Origin: a virus | Lineage: Duplodnaviria; Caudoviricetes | Virus record (IMG/VR): IMGVR_UViG_2654588144_000016 | Coordinates: 13,667-77,666 of that record | Strand: one strand, 5' to 3' | DNA length: 64,000 bases | Part shown: one piece after another, positions 37,288-47,059 of the stretch | Numbering within the stretch: position 1 is the first letter of the stretch | Layout of the letters: each line of letters starts with the position of its first letter | Program-made: the position numbers and the translations under genes | The notes under the pieces: generated by a model | Databases searched by the model: none | The model's input: the letters and a program-made list of their open reading frames with translations, nothing else | Told to the model about the DNA's origin: nothing

Positions 37288-37698
37288 TCAGCACTTCTTC
37301 CCCGGTTCTGGCCGGTATGGTTCCGGCAGTGGCATCCATGCAACAACACTTTTCATTTCTTCTCTCCATGCCTTATTTTCGCTATTATCACCGTCAGCAA
37401 CTATGAACCATTTTTCGCATTCATAATAGCAGTATTCAATATCGTATCCTCCAAATTGTTTTGCAAATGTTACAAGGAAAAATTTTGGTTCATCCGGCAA
37501 CTGTTCCGATACTGGAATCCATCTTCGACTCTTCTTTTCTTCCAAAACAGTTATTGCCTCTTCGATAGCATAGTCTTCGGGTTCTGGATATACATATCTA
37601 TGCCCAGACGCAAAAGCCGGAGCACCAATCATATCTGCATAATCCTGTAATGGATTTTGCATACCTTTTAGTAATTCTATTGCTTCTTGCTCTTTCAT
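37288..37698 (-). CDS. DUF551 domain protein
   Basis: WIPVSEQLP...VVAWMPLPEPY. Confidence 0.85.
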   Translation of the reverse strand: MKEQEAIELLKGMQNPLQDYADMIGAPAFASGHRYVYPEPEDYAIEEAITVLEEKKSRRWIPVSEQLPDEPKFFLVTFAKQFGGYDIEYCYYECEKWFIVADGDNSENKAWREEMKSVVAWMPLPEPYRPEPGKKC

Positions 37699-37745
37699 AT
37701 AGTTTCTCCTTTTCCATAGTTAAATTCTAATTTCAGTTGTCAATA

Positions 37746-38012
37746 CTACCACTCCGGAAATGATACTCCGGCAAATAATTCTTCTCTAAAGTGGAACGGA
37801 CACATTTTATATACTTCATTCAATAAACTATTTCGTAATGTTAGGTCTTTCATATCCGCATATCGTAGAATATTACTTCTTATCTCCTTCAAAAAATCCT
37901 CTGTCCATCTGGCTCCGTTTTGTTCTTTTTCTCTCTGTTCTCGTTCTGTCTGTGCAGAAAACGTTTCCCAGGGGAACAATACATGTGATATATATATTTC
38001 TTCTTTCTTCAC
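37746..38012 (-). CDS. Hypothetical protein (cassette gene)
   Basis: GTG start at 38012 behind junction site and AAAGGG RBS. Confidence 0.55.
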   Translation of the reverse strand: MKKEEIYISHVLFPWETFSAQTEREQREKEQNGARWTEDFLKEIRSNILRYADMKDLTLRNSLLNEVYKMCPFHFREELFAGVSFPEW

Positions 38013-38223
38013 GTTTTCCCTTTCTCCGGTATTCCCTAAAATTTCGATATAGTGGATGTGCGCCAGACCGGAACCCCTGGCCGTATGGTCCTCCATTATC
38101 TCTCCATAGGCACATCCGCTGCTGGTCTTACTGGTTGTGCATACACCAGAGCCATGCCAGCTATCTTTACGCAGTCACGGTCCTGCGAATCAGGTACCGG
38201 TATGCGCTGCTGCGTTATAAGCA

Positions 38224-38511
38224 TTATACGGGCATCTGGTATGGACAAGGACTCCCCAGGTAACACCGGTCCATAAGCTCCTCCGCTTCACCGTTCTCCA
38301 GCGCTTTAATAGCCATCTCGTAAGCCTGTATCTGCCTCTCTGCCTCTGCTATAAAATCTATCTTGTCAGGTATCGTGTTTCCGACAATACCTGTACGCAC
38401 CATTTGCTCCCATCCCTTATCTGTGGTTTGGTAGCGGTATGTATTAATGTGTTCTTGTAATATCGCAATTGCTCTTTGTCTATCTATCATCCATCTACCT
38501 CCATGCGCCAC
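38224..38511 (-). CDS. Hypothetical protein
   Basis: Coupled ORF. Confidence 0.6.
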   Translation of the reverse strand: MAHGGRWMIDRQRAIAILQEHINTYRYQTTDKGWEQMVRTGIVGNTIPDKIDFIAEAERQIQAYEMAIKALENGEAEELMDRCYLGSPCPYQMPV

Positions 38512-38789
38512 TCAACATCCCATTTGATTCTCTGCCCACAGTGTCCGCAATATGGATAGCCTGAATTAACCCCTTCACCGCAAGATGGACACAATCCGAT
38601 ATTCTCTTTGTCTTTAATAAAACATCTTTCATCCTCTGGTTTTTTTGCTATCTGTTTCTGTAGAGCTGATATGACAGCCTCAACATTTTTCAATGGTATA
38701 TGTCTAAATGACTTAACCTCTTGGCATCCCATCAATTTTGCATTTTTAACTACCATTGATAGGTCTTTCGCGATTCCTTCTTCAATCAT
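38487..38789 (-). CDS. Zinc-ribbon phage protein
   Basis: ALQKQIAKKP...CPSCG...YCGHCGQRIKW. Confidence 0.75.
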   Translation of the reverse strand: MIEEGIAKDLSMVVKNAKLMGCQEVKSFRHIPLKNVEAVISALQKQIAKKPEDERCFIKDKENIGLCPSCGEGVNSGYPYCGHCGQRIKWDVEWRMEVDG

Positions 38790-39121
38790 CTCTCTTCCTC
38801 CTGATGCATTTCGTCATATTGGTACTGTAAACGGCATTCTTTACAGGTTCCGTAAGGTTCTCCATCTCCACCCATGGTTCTTAATCCGGCACATAAGCCT
38901 TCTTCCATCCCTGGATATTCAAATTTGGTCATATAGCAATGAGCAATCGCATCTTCAATCCTTTTTTCATCTTCCTTTATCTTTTTGTATTCCCAATCCA
39001 AAAGCATGAGCAAATCCGCTCTTGTTGTCGCATTATGAGTTTCCAGACTTAACTCCCGCTCTATCAAACCCATCTTTTTTTCGTACGGCAACCATTCAAA
39101 TCTTTCTTTGTCATACTTCAT
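38786..39121 (-). CDS. Hypothetical protein
   Basis: Coupled ORF. Confidence 0.65.
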   Translation of the reverse strand: MKYDKERFEWLPYEKKMGLIERELSLETHNATTRADLLMLLDWEYKKIKEDEKRIEDAIAHCYMTKFEYPGMEEGLCAGLRTMGGDGEPYGTCKECRLQYQYDEMHQEEER

Positions 39122-39471
39122 CCCTCTGCCTCCTTATATGGCTCCGGCAATGGCATCCAGGCCAGCACGTCCAGTTTCTCCCACCCATCAGTAAATGATG
39201 CTCCGTTCCAAAGTGCCATAATCACACAGTCTGTATTTTTGACAGACACTAAATATAACTCCAACGGTTTGTTATCATATAGCGGATTTTCTTTTGGTTT
39301 CTTTGGGAGCCGTTCAGAAGCGGGAATCCACGCATCGCCCAGGCCCGCAATAGCTTCCATTGCACGCCAAACTCCATTAGCCGCTTCTTGGTTATGTTCT
39401 TCTCTTTTTATGCGCTCATACAGTCTTGCTAATGTGTCGATCGCTTTTTCTTTTTCCAGATATTTTCTCAT
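39118..39471 (-). CDS. DUF551 domain protein
   Basis: WIPASERLP...VLAWMPLPEPY. Confidence 0.85.
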   Translation of the reverse strand: MRKYLEKEKAIDTLARLYERIKREEHNQEAANGVWRAMEAIAGLGDAWIPASERLPKKPKENPLYDNKPLELYLVSVKNTDCVIMALWNGASFTDGWEKLDVLAWMPLPEPYKEAEG

Positions 39472-39546
39472 CTTCTCTTCTCCTTCCCGGCATGCGTCCG
39501 AAGTGAATGTTCAGCTCCGTCCGCCGCTTTGTCTTGATTTTGGTTA

Positions 39547-39717
39547 CTAATCTGGCATTCCAAACTGCTTATATGTCGCCGTGAATGTAAATTTTTTTCC
39601 ACATTTACAGCAGGTTTCTGTTACTTTACAGGTTTTACTTTCATCGTCGCAGTCTATTTCGGTTTTACCTGGCTGGAATCTATGACCACCAGTTAAAAAA
39701 CAGCATATTCTTTTCAT
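39547..39717 (-). CDS. Small Cys-rich protein (56 aa)
   Basis: MKRICCFLTGGH...CCKCGK, coupled to upstream stop. Confidence 0.6.
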   Translation of the reverse strand: MKRICCFLTGGHRFQPGKTEIDCDDESKTCKVTETCCKCGKKFTFTATYKQFGMPD

Positions 39718-39926
39718 TCCTCTGTCTCCTTCGCTAAATGCATGCCAAATGAGTCAATTGCCTTCATGGCCTCTCCCAAATCATCAAACACCCTTCCATC
39801 GTACGAGATATCATCAATCCGGTACCCCAGTTCATCTCCATCGGATGGGGTTGCTACCCTCAAGGTGCAGATATCCATACCTTTGTATTCCGTTACCTTT
39901 GCGTATCTATCATTCAAATGTTTCAT
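39714..39926 (-). CDS. Hypothetical protein
   Basis: RBS GAGGAG right after a junction site. Confidence 0.65.
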   Translation of the reverse strand: MKHLNDRYAKVTEYKGMDICTLRVATPSDGDELGYRIDDISYDGRVFDDLGEAMKAIDSFGMHLAKETEE

Positions 39927-39946
39927 TGCATTTACTCCTCTAAATA

Positions 39947-40348
39947 TCAGTTTTGCGGATAAAGCAAATCCGGATTGTCAAAAATGTTGCCAACAACATC
40001 AGCATTTGCAAACATTTCAAGCGTATACTGTTGATAGCTATCGTCTATATCATCCACAGCAAATCCTATATAATCTTCCGTATACCACATTACTTTTCCG
40101 ACTGCCTTAATTGCATCATGGTAGATAATATCATTCTCCCAAATTTCTCTACCGTTCTTATCGGTTATTCCGGCATACTGACAGACGGTTTTAGGGTCTA
40201 TTTCAATCCATTCCGCATAACGTTCGTCATATCCATGGTCATCATCATATACCGGCAAGATATAGTGATGTCCTCTGCATTTTACATAATAGCCTTTCTC
40301 CCACTCGGCATTGTCCAATCTCTTTGCCTTACATAAATATCTGTCCAT
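39947..40348 (-). CDS. YopX family protein
   Basis: CQYAGITDKNGREIWENDI and VVGNIFDNPDLL motifs. Confidence 0.9.
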   Translation of the reverse strand: MDRYLCKAKRLDNAEWEKGYYVKCRGHHYILPVYDDDHGYDERYAEWIEIDPKTVCQYAGITDKNGREIWENDIIYHDAIKAVGKVMWYTEDYIGFAVDDIDDSYQQYTLEMFANADVVGNIFDNPDLLYPQN

Positions 40349-40376
40349 TTTGTTCCTCCGTTAAATATTAATTTTG

Positions 40377-42008
40377 TTATGCAAACTTTAGCTGTATTTC
40401 ACTATCATCAATTCTCATATTTGGCATCCGCTCACCCACTTTGAGATACGGACAATTTGCCTGCACCAGCACCTGTGCCATAATTGGCACCACACTATTT
40501 CCGATGCGTGCAACCTGTTCGCTTATAGGATATGGTTTCCGGTCAATATCCCGGTCAAGAATATAATCTGTAGGAAATCCCTGCCCCAGCATTAACTCCT
40601 TTGGCTTTAACATCCGCAGGAAGATATCCATGATGGCATATTCGTTCCCCAGCACTGTAACCAACGCAAATCTATCTTTCGTCACAATCGTGTGAAGAGG
40701 GCCATTTATGCTCTGACCAATACCACAGCCGTAATACTCCATGATAAATTGCGACACCCAGGTGCATTTCTGAATTATCTCGTCTGCTTCGTTCCCAACG
40801 TTGGAAAGCAGTTCTTCTTTCGGTATCGCCAGCACACTGACCTGTCCGAAGTGTCCCGGAGAGGTGGTAATCGTATGTATCGGCTCTGCCAGAGACTGTC
40901 CAGAACCTGACTTATAAAACTTTGTCAAGAATGCCATAACCAGCCCGTAACGGTTACTTGTATCTATTGTCTGGATTGGCTCCACCAGTGATTGCCCTCT
41001 CACTCCGCTCTTGGTAGTTTCGGAATGATACTGGATAAGAATAGGACTGATTAAGCAATGCTCATTCTTTGTAACTACTGTACTCATGGGTTCTTCCATG
41101 CTACGGTTTCTATCGGCACAAAATCCTGTTTGCCCTATCTGCATGATATATGGTGTTACCACTCCAAATCCATGTTTCCCTGTAATCGTTGGCATTGGCT
41201 CGTGAATATTCTGACCACGGAAATTGTCTCCACCATGATTAACCTGTACAATAAATGGTTCCGGGCAATTAAACACAAACTTCTCCATTCCCCGTGCAAT
41301 CCGATTCATGGTCTTTTCCGCCAGTGGCTTCTTTCTGTCGAAAATAGATTTCCCCATATCCGACAAGTCCAAATACTTCCAGATAGGCTCCCACTTCTTC
41401 AATCCGTCTGTGCCCTTCTTACTATGTGTCGGCTCCGGCCAGATAATCGGCTTACCGTCTCGCCGGAAGATTGCATACCAGCGCTTCCTCGTAGTAGGTG
41501 CTCCATAATCTGCCGCCACCAACTCTCGGCTGTCAAAGTCATATCCGAGAGACTTCATCGCGGTAATGAATTTTTTGTAATCCTCTCCTTTTCGCTCTGG
41601 TATCGGATGGCCTGTCTTGTCCAACGGCCCCCATTGCTGTATTTCCTCCACATTCTCCATGATAATTACATCTGGAAGAATTGCTTTGGTGTGCTTGTAC
41701 ACCGCCCACGGGAGGATTCTCAGTCCTTTTTTTCTTGGCTGTCCTCCTTTCGCTTTGCTGTGACTGGTGCAGTCTGGACTCGCCCACATAAGCGCCACAT
41801 GCCGTCCTCTTACATACTTTTGCAGGTCAACCTTGAATATATCCTCTGACAAATGCAGCGTATCCGGGTGATTAACCTTGTGCATCCGAATCGCCTGCGG
41901 GTCATGGTTGATTGCAATATCAACCGGTCGCCCCAGTGCCATCTCTATTCCTACGCTTGCCCCTCCGCCACCAGCGAAACAGTCAATAATCAAATCTCTC
42001 ATTTTCAA
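40377..42008 (-). CDS. dcm: DNA (cytosine-5) methyltransferase
   Basis: FAGGGG, SPDC, ENV, RKRW and IGNSV motifs. Confidence 0.93.
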   Translation of the reverse strand: MKMRDLIIDCFAGGGGASVGIEMALGRPVDIAINHDPQAIRMHKVNHPDTLHLSEDIFKVDLQKYVRGRHVALMWASPDCTSHSKAKGGQPRKKGLRILPWAVYKHTKAILPDVIIMENVEEIQQWGPLDKTGHPIPERKGEDYKKFITAMKSLGYDFDSRELVAADYGAPTTRKRWYAIFRRDGKPIIWPEPTHSKKGTDGLKKWEPIWKYLDLSDMGKSIFDRKKPLAEKTMNRIARGMEKFVFNCPEPFIVQVNHGGDNFRGQNIHEPMPTITGKHGFGVVTPYIMQIGQTGFCADRNRSMEEPMSTVVTKNEHCLISPILIQYHSETTKSGVRGQSLVEPIQTIDTSNRYGLVMAFLTKFYKSGSGQSLAEPIHTITTSPGHFGQVSVLAIPKEELLSNVGNEADEIIQKCTWVSQFIMEYYGCGIGQSINGPLHTIVTKDRFALVTVLGNEYAIMDIFLRMLKPKELMLGQGFPTDYILDRDIDRKPYPISEQVARIGNSVVPIMAQVLVQANCPYLKVGERMPNMRIDDSEIQLKFA

Positions 42009-42073
42009 AAGGACCCGCTATAGCTTTTCTCCGGCCGGAGGTCGACTCCTTTCATATTTTTCAAAATGTGTGT

Positions 42074-44116
42074 TTAATCAAACGGTATTTCCCCATGTAC
42101 TGCAATGAAGCCATTATCGGTCTTATTCCACCCGTATATTTTGTTTTCGGAAGAATAGTTTTTCAGGCGTTTGGTTTCTGGCTCATAATAAAGTGGGATA
42201 AAGTAATCCATCACACCGCCATCACGGTCTTTAGCAATCTCTATAACGTTTGTAGCCTGGTAAATCTGGTTATCATCTTTCCATCCAAACATCTGTTTAC
42301 TAAGGCGTTTAAAATCCTGATTTACTCTGTGAACAATAAAAGCGTTATCTACAGCGTTGCCCAAATCTGCTGTTCCTGAAATATCATCCAACCGGAGGAA
42401 TCCCATGGCTTTTCTCGGATGTGCCACAAACATGATATGCACATTGTATGGCTTGGCTATCTCACCCTGTAAAGCAAGGATAAACTTGGTCTGTGCCTCA
42501 AATTTATTTTCTGACATACCGGAAATATCAAAGGTCATTAGGTTGTCCAGAATCAGCATATCCAGTTTATCTTTTTCGATTTTTCTCTTAAACTGGTCAA
42601 CTACTGCCTGAAAGTCAAATCCGTATTCATTGTTATACAACCAGAAGTGTTCTCCTAACCATTGTGCTATCTGCTCCTGGTATTTCCGTTGTACGTTGTA
42701 ATACCCTTCAAACTGAGTTGGTTCTGTGTATCCCTTTCCAGCCGCCTGTAAATTCATCCAACGCATAAAGTTCTTTGGTGCCAGTTCCCCGGAAAAAACT
42801 CCAATATTATTTCCAGACTCAACACCATCCAGAACCATTTCAGAAATCACAGAACTCTTTCCAGCTGCTCTCAACCCAGACATAACGGAAACATATCCTT
42901 TTTTCATTCCCCGCAATTTCTTATCAATATCAGCAATTCCAGTTTTGATAAAACGTTCTTCCGGCACTGGAAGATTTAAAATATCCATAGCTGTGTAGAA
43001 TACTGGCTTGCCGTCTACGGCTTCTATTTGCTTTTTAACAGGCTTTTCTTGCTGTCGTGAGTAAATCCTAGCCTCATACTCTTTCTGTCGCTTCTCGTAT
43101 GCTTCAGGCTCATACAACAGCCTTACATCTTTCCATGTCTTGTCCGAGCAAGAATTGTGGAAACAGTGAAATCCGATTGCCCCAGACCTTGCCTGGAAGA
43201 TACAGGCATCTTTTCCTTTATGGTTGCTATCAAATGGACATTGTTCCAAAATATACTTTATACCATCCGAGTAATTGGTTTTCTGATAACGAAGCCCATA
43301 TTTTATCAACCACTCCTCCAGGTCAAATTCATTTGGGCGATACCCATTGTATTTCTGTGGCTTTTCTGGAACCGGCAACATAGCAGCCAGCTTCTCCAAA
43401 TAAGCCTTATCTGTAGGTTCCTTGCTTCCCTCTGACAACAAACGGCTCATTCTGTGTGGATTCTCGGCAGTATTGCTACCTTTCCTTGCCACTGTTCCAT
43501 ATAGTTTGCAAATTCTCGCAGGATTAAAATTCGTTTTATCAATGTCTACACAATCATTACTAAACAACATGTCCAACACAAGGAGACAGTTCTTAATCAA
43601 TGCTTTGTTTTCATCACTGTTCCGCAGTCTAATCTTGTAAAGCAGATGGATTCCATTTCCACTCATAGCCGTTATAGGTTCGTTGAATCCAAGATTTTTC
43701 ATAAAGACATAAACCTTGTTTCCCACTATTTTAGCCTGATTCAGTTGCTCGTCGGTGCTTGATACACCAGATGGACGCTTCGGGTCTGCATCAATAAACA
43801 GCCATTCATATCCAACAATATCCGTATCACTTGTAGTAGGAATCTTCCCCTGAACAATCTGAATAAATTTATCGCGTTGCGCCCTGGAATAACACTCTGG
43901 CTTAATGCTGTTCAGCGTTATGTACACGTTACTGTCAGAAGAATTCAACCTGCTCAGTTGGTCCAGCATGACTTCTACATCTCTAAAATACCCGCTACTT
44001 ACTCTTTTCCCGTTTGCTTCCAAGAAACGGACTTCAAACAGTTCTTCATAATCTTTTAAAGCCTGTATTGTTTTTCGGATTTCATCTGGTTCAAATATCT
44101 TTTTTCCTACTGCCAC
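42074..44116 (-). CDS. Primase-helicase fusion (AEP-like N-terminus, Zn site, SF4/DnaB-like helicase)
   Basis: DADPKR/SGNGIH, CPF..H, GLRAAGKS, ILDNL, VAHPRK. Confidence 0.82.
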   Translation of the reverse strand: MAVGKKIFEPDEIRKTIQALKDYEELFEVRFLEANGKRVSSGYFRDVEVMLDQLSRLNSSDSNVYITLNSIKPECYSRAQRDKFIQIVQGKIPTTSDTDIVGYEWLFIDADPKRPSGVSSTDEQLNQAKIVGNKVYVFMKNLGFNEPITAMSGNGIHLLYKIRLRNSDENKALIKNCLLVLDMLFSNDCVDIDKTNFNPARICKLYGTVARKGSNTAENPHRMSRLLSEGSKEPTDKAYLEKLAAMLPVPEKPQKYNGYRPNEFDLEEWLIKYGLRYQKTNYSDGIKYILEQCPFDSNHKGKDACIFQARSGAIGFHCFHNSCSDKTWKDVRLLYEPEAYEKRQKEYEARIYSRQQEKPVKKQIEAVDGKPVFYTAMDILNLPVPEERFIKTGIADIDKKLRGMKKGYVSVMSGLRAAGKSSVISEMVLDGVESGNNIGVFSGELAPKNFMRWMNLQAAGKGYTEPTQFEGYYNVQRKYQEQIAQWLGEHFWLYNNEYGFDFQAVVDQFKRKIEKDKLDMLILDNLMTFDISGMSENKFEAQTKFILALQGEIAKPYNVHIMFVAHPRKAMGFLRLDDISGTADLGNAVDNAFIVHRVNQDFKRLSKQMFGWKDDNQIYQATNVIEIAKDRDGGVMDYFIPLYYEPETKRLKNYSSENKIYGWNKTDNGFIAVHGEIPFD

Positions 44117-44364
44117 CTCTTTACCTCGCCTTTTTCGTAGGCTTGCTGCTCAACTTTTTTCGCCAGTTCCCGTATCTCGGCAATCGTGGGCGGAAACTTG
44201 TTTTCCTGAATCCATTGAATAACTGCTTTTTTCATCCATTCAAACTCCAAATCTCGCAGACACTCATACCACACATCAGCTTCGGCGACGGATTTTAAAA
44301 GTTCAGTCCTGGAATATGCCCCGCGTAACATGGAAACAATCTCCACAAACTCTTTTTTACTCAT
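44107..44364 (-). CDS. Helicase loader/inhibitor (G39P-like)
   Basis: W...L.D......A........KFPPTIAEI. Confidence 0.8.
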   Translation of the reverse strand: MSKKEFVEIVSMLRGAYSRTELLKSVAEADVWYECLRDLEFEWMKKAVIQWIQENKFPPTIAEIRELAKKVEQQAYEKGEVKRWQ

Positions 44365-45226
44365 TCAGCCATCCCTCCCATGAATTACTGCTGGATTTTT
44401 TATCATCATACTGACCTTCCAGAACTTTCGGGAAATTATTTGGCCTAGCAAACCATTCAAAGTAAATCATCCAACCGCGATTGCCTCCACCTTTCAAAAA
44501 TGTGCTGTCGTTTATTTTTTGTATCGCTTTGAGAACATCATCAATGCCATACTCTTTTATTCTGGCAGAAATCATTTTGTATCGAGTGGAAGTCGATGCC
44601 ATTCTGCTGACGGGATTTATTCCCAACTGGTTCCATGCCTCCACGACTCGTTGGACATCAGTCCGACATATAGTGTCGTCAGACACTATAATATCTTTAC
44701 CTATACCTATCCTATCCTTACCTAACCTAACCTGCGTCTCCCAGGTAGGCGAAGTGGTGTCAATTGTGTCGCAAGTGGTACGCTTTTGGTTTCCACTTGG
44801 TATACCAATGGTTTCCATATGGTTTTCACTTGGTATACCAATGGTTTCCATATGTTTTCCCACTGGTGTACCTTCATCGTTTTTAAATAACTGATACGCG
44901 CCATTTTCTTTAACGGAAAGCATATTTTTTTCCTCAATATATTGTGTCGGTTTGTATCTGTCACTCCGAATGTAATTATGAATAAGCCAATGTTTTATTA
45001 CACACACACCTTCATCGAACTGGATAATAAAACGCTTCATAAGCAGCATGTCATAATCATTTTGGTTTGCTCCAACATTTCGCATTATTTTCTTTGCGTT
45101 ATTCAAAAATCCATCATCATCCGCTCTTAACAAAAGATGGAAATACAATGCTTGTGATGATAATGGCATTTCGGTAAATGCATCACTATCAATGATTTTT
45201 TTCGACATCATGCGTCTTTCTGCCAT
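44357..45226 (-). CDS. Replisome organizer/replication initiator
   Basis: MAERRM, QALYFHL, ADDDGF motifs; internal iterons. Confidence 0.85.
   Translation of the reverse strand: MAERRMMSKKIIDSDAFTEMPLSSQALYFHLLLRADDDGFLNNAKKIMRNVGANQNDYDMLLMKRFIIQFDEGVCVIKHWLIHNYIRSDRYKPTQYIEEKNMLSVKENGAYQLFKNDEGTPVGKHMETIGIPSENHMETIGIPSGNQKRTTCDTIDTTSPTWETQVRLGKDRIGIGKDIIVSDDTICRTDVQRVVEAWNQLGINPVSRMASTSTRYKMISARIKEYGIDDVLKAIQKINDSTFLKGGGNRGWMIYFEWFARPNNFPKVLEGQYDDKKSSSNSWEGWLNE
44794..44872. repeat. Putative replication origin iterons
   Basis: CACTTGGTATACCAATGGTTTCCATATG twice at 33-bp period plus a partial third; palindromic TTGGTATACCAA. Confidence 0.7.
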
Positions 45227-45806
45227 TACCTACCTCCAATAATTTCAATATCATTGCACCAGTCTCTTCCGGTTTGCAGAACAGGAATTTTACACCATAT
45301 TTCCGCCCCATCGTCTCCATGGCTTTTGCCAGCGTCTCTCCTTTAGTCGCATTTGGACTTAGCAATACCTTCCTACGTTCTCCAGAAGGCGTTGTAACCC
45401 ACTTTTGCATATGCCTACGAGGATTTTCCCATGTGTATAGGTCAGACAGGCTGGAAACACCGTCCTCGTTCTCTACAAGGACATACAGCGTAACTCCAAT
45501 GTTTCTTGCAAGGGCGCATTCGTCTCGGAACCTGGCGTGCTGTTTTCCGCAAATATTTCCGATTGCCTCCTGTAAATCACGCTTCGTGTCTACCGAAACA
45601 GTGTAGCTACCGGATAAATCCATTTTCTTTATCGGGATTCCTCTTGCTTCTTTCCGTTTCAAAACGTCGGCAACCCTATCATCTACCAAAACATAATCCC
45701 CCACCGGAAGCGGAACAATCTGTAATTCCGCTCCCAATGCTTTTAGACAATCATGTTTTAAATCATGCTTATGTGCCTGCTGCCCTTTATCAATAAGAAT
45801 TTTCAA
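45189..45806 (-). CDS. ERCC4-domain nuclease (resolvase-like)
   Basis: LPVGDY, VDTKRDLQE, LVE motifs. Confidence 0.75.
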   Translation of the reverse strand: MKILIDKGQQAHKHDLKHDCLKALGAELQIVPLPVGDYVLVDDRVADVLKRKEARGIPIKKMDLSGSYTVSVDTKRDLQEAIGNICGKQHARFRDECALARNIGVTLYVLVENEDGVSSLSDLYTWENPRRHMQKWVTTPSGERRKVLLSPNATKGETLAKAMETMGRKYGVKFLFCKPEETGAMILKLLEVGNGRKTHDVEKNH

Positions 45807-45819
45807 TCATACCACCGCC

Positions 45820-46269
45820 TTAATTGAAGGGAAGACCATCGTCCTCTACCCCATCTGGAATATTCATAAATCCATCTCCAAGCGGACTGTTTGAAGCAGG
45901 TCTATCCTGTGGCTGATTTCCACCACTGGAAGCTCCTTTACTATCCGCAAACTCCTGGTCATCCAAAATGACCTCGGTGGTGTATACTTTCTGACCTTCT
46001 TTATTTACATAGCTACCTGTCTGGATTCTGCCTGACACGAGTACCCGCATTCCCTGACGGAAATACTTCTCGGTAAACTCGGCAGCGCGGTCAAATGCAA
46101 CACAGTTGATAAAATCGGCTGTCTGCTGTTCTGCGGAACTGTCCTGGTTCCTGCGGCCCCTTCTGTCCACTGCAAGGGTGTACCTGGCTATAGCCATGGA
46201 ACGCTCTCCCTGTGAATATCTGACTTCCGGGTCTCTTGTTAATCTTCCCATTACAATGACTCTGTTCAT
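45820..46269 (-). CDS. ssb: Single-stranded DNA-binding protein
   Basis: MNRVIVMGRLTRDPE...DGLPFN. Confidence 0.95.
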   Translation of the reverse strand: MNRVIVMGRLTRDPEVRYSQGERSMAIARYTLAVDRRGRRNQDSSAEQQTADFINCVAFDRAAEFTEKYFRQGMRVLVSGRIQTGSYVNKEGQKVYTTEVILDDQEFADSKGASSGGNQPQDRPASNSPLGDGFMNIPDGVEDDGLPFN

Positions 46270-46322
46270 GTTTGTCTCCCTTTCTCCGGCTGCCCCGAAA
46301 GACAGCCGGTAACATCAAAAAC

Positions 46323-47045
46323 TTAGGAAATTACGGTGAACTGCGGCAGTTCTGCCAGTTCATACTGCAAATACTCCTTAATTGACTTCATGGCCGCATT
46401 CTTCCACGCACCACCATCGGCCTCAAAGATAGCACATTCAACACCATGTCCTTCTGCCTGTCTCATGCGGAATACAAATGCACTTTCCGGTTGTTCTACC
46501 TCAATGAATGTCCGGAATGGCCGTAATTTAACCGGATTAGGCACAACGGCATCTCCTACACTTGTAATTCCTGTTTTAATGGTAGCTTTCTGGGTCACTC
46601 CATCATCTCCGTACTGGGCGATAGATTCATCCTTGACAGTCCCAGCGAACTGAAGCAACAAAGCGCGGTCATCGTTGTCAATGAATTTCGACTGCAGAGC
46701 TATGATTAAACGCTCGTTTCCCATGTAGCGCCCATACTCAAAATCCGGAATCCTGGCCTCTACATCCACCAATTCCTCGCGTTTCCGGTCTGCATCCAGC
46801 ATTGAGAGTACTCTTACTTTCATAGGAGAAACCACCTGAACCAACATTTTGTCTGCCATAGAATCAACACCAGCTTTCAGATAATCTACCAGGCTGGTAA
46901 GAGTATTCATCTGAATGGCAGAAGCACGAAGTTCCTTGTCCACTCTATGTACGACCTTATCGACATACTTTCCACCATTGATATCCAGAACTTCTGCGGT
47001 TTTTAAACCAACAACATACTGTAAAGCGTCTCTTGTCATATCCAT
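46323..47045 (-). CDS. Conserved phage protein
   Basis: DDGVTQ, LRPFRTF, FEADGGAW motifs. Confidence 0.75.
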   Translation of the reverse strand: MDMTRDALQYVVGLKTAEVLDINGGKYVDKVVHRVDKELRASAIQMNTLTSLVDYLKAGVDSMADKMLVQVVSPMKVRVLSMLDADRKREELVDVEARIPDFEYGRYMGNERLIIALQSKFIDNDDRALLLQFAGTVKDESIAQYGDDGVTQKATIKTGITSVGDAVVPNPVKLRPFRTFIEVEQPESAFVFRMRQAEGHGVECAIFEADGGAWKNAAMKSIKEYLQYELAELPQFTVIS

Positions 47046-47059
47046 TTTTCATATCCTCC

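Larger units (their letters stand above)
36163..42076 (-). repeat. Dispersed gene-junction sites AAA-YYRRN-ATTT (about 10 copies)
   Basis: Copies start (+ coordinates) at 36163, 36390, 36888, 37212, 37270, 37722, 38039, 39942, 40363 and a variant at 42064. Confidence 0.75.

Noticed and set aside
44794-44872. 33-bp-period repeats as a CRISPR or novel repeat
   Set aside because: In-frame repeats inside the initiator gene, the usual phage origin iteron arrangement
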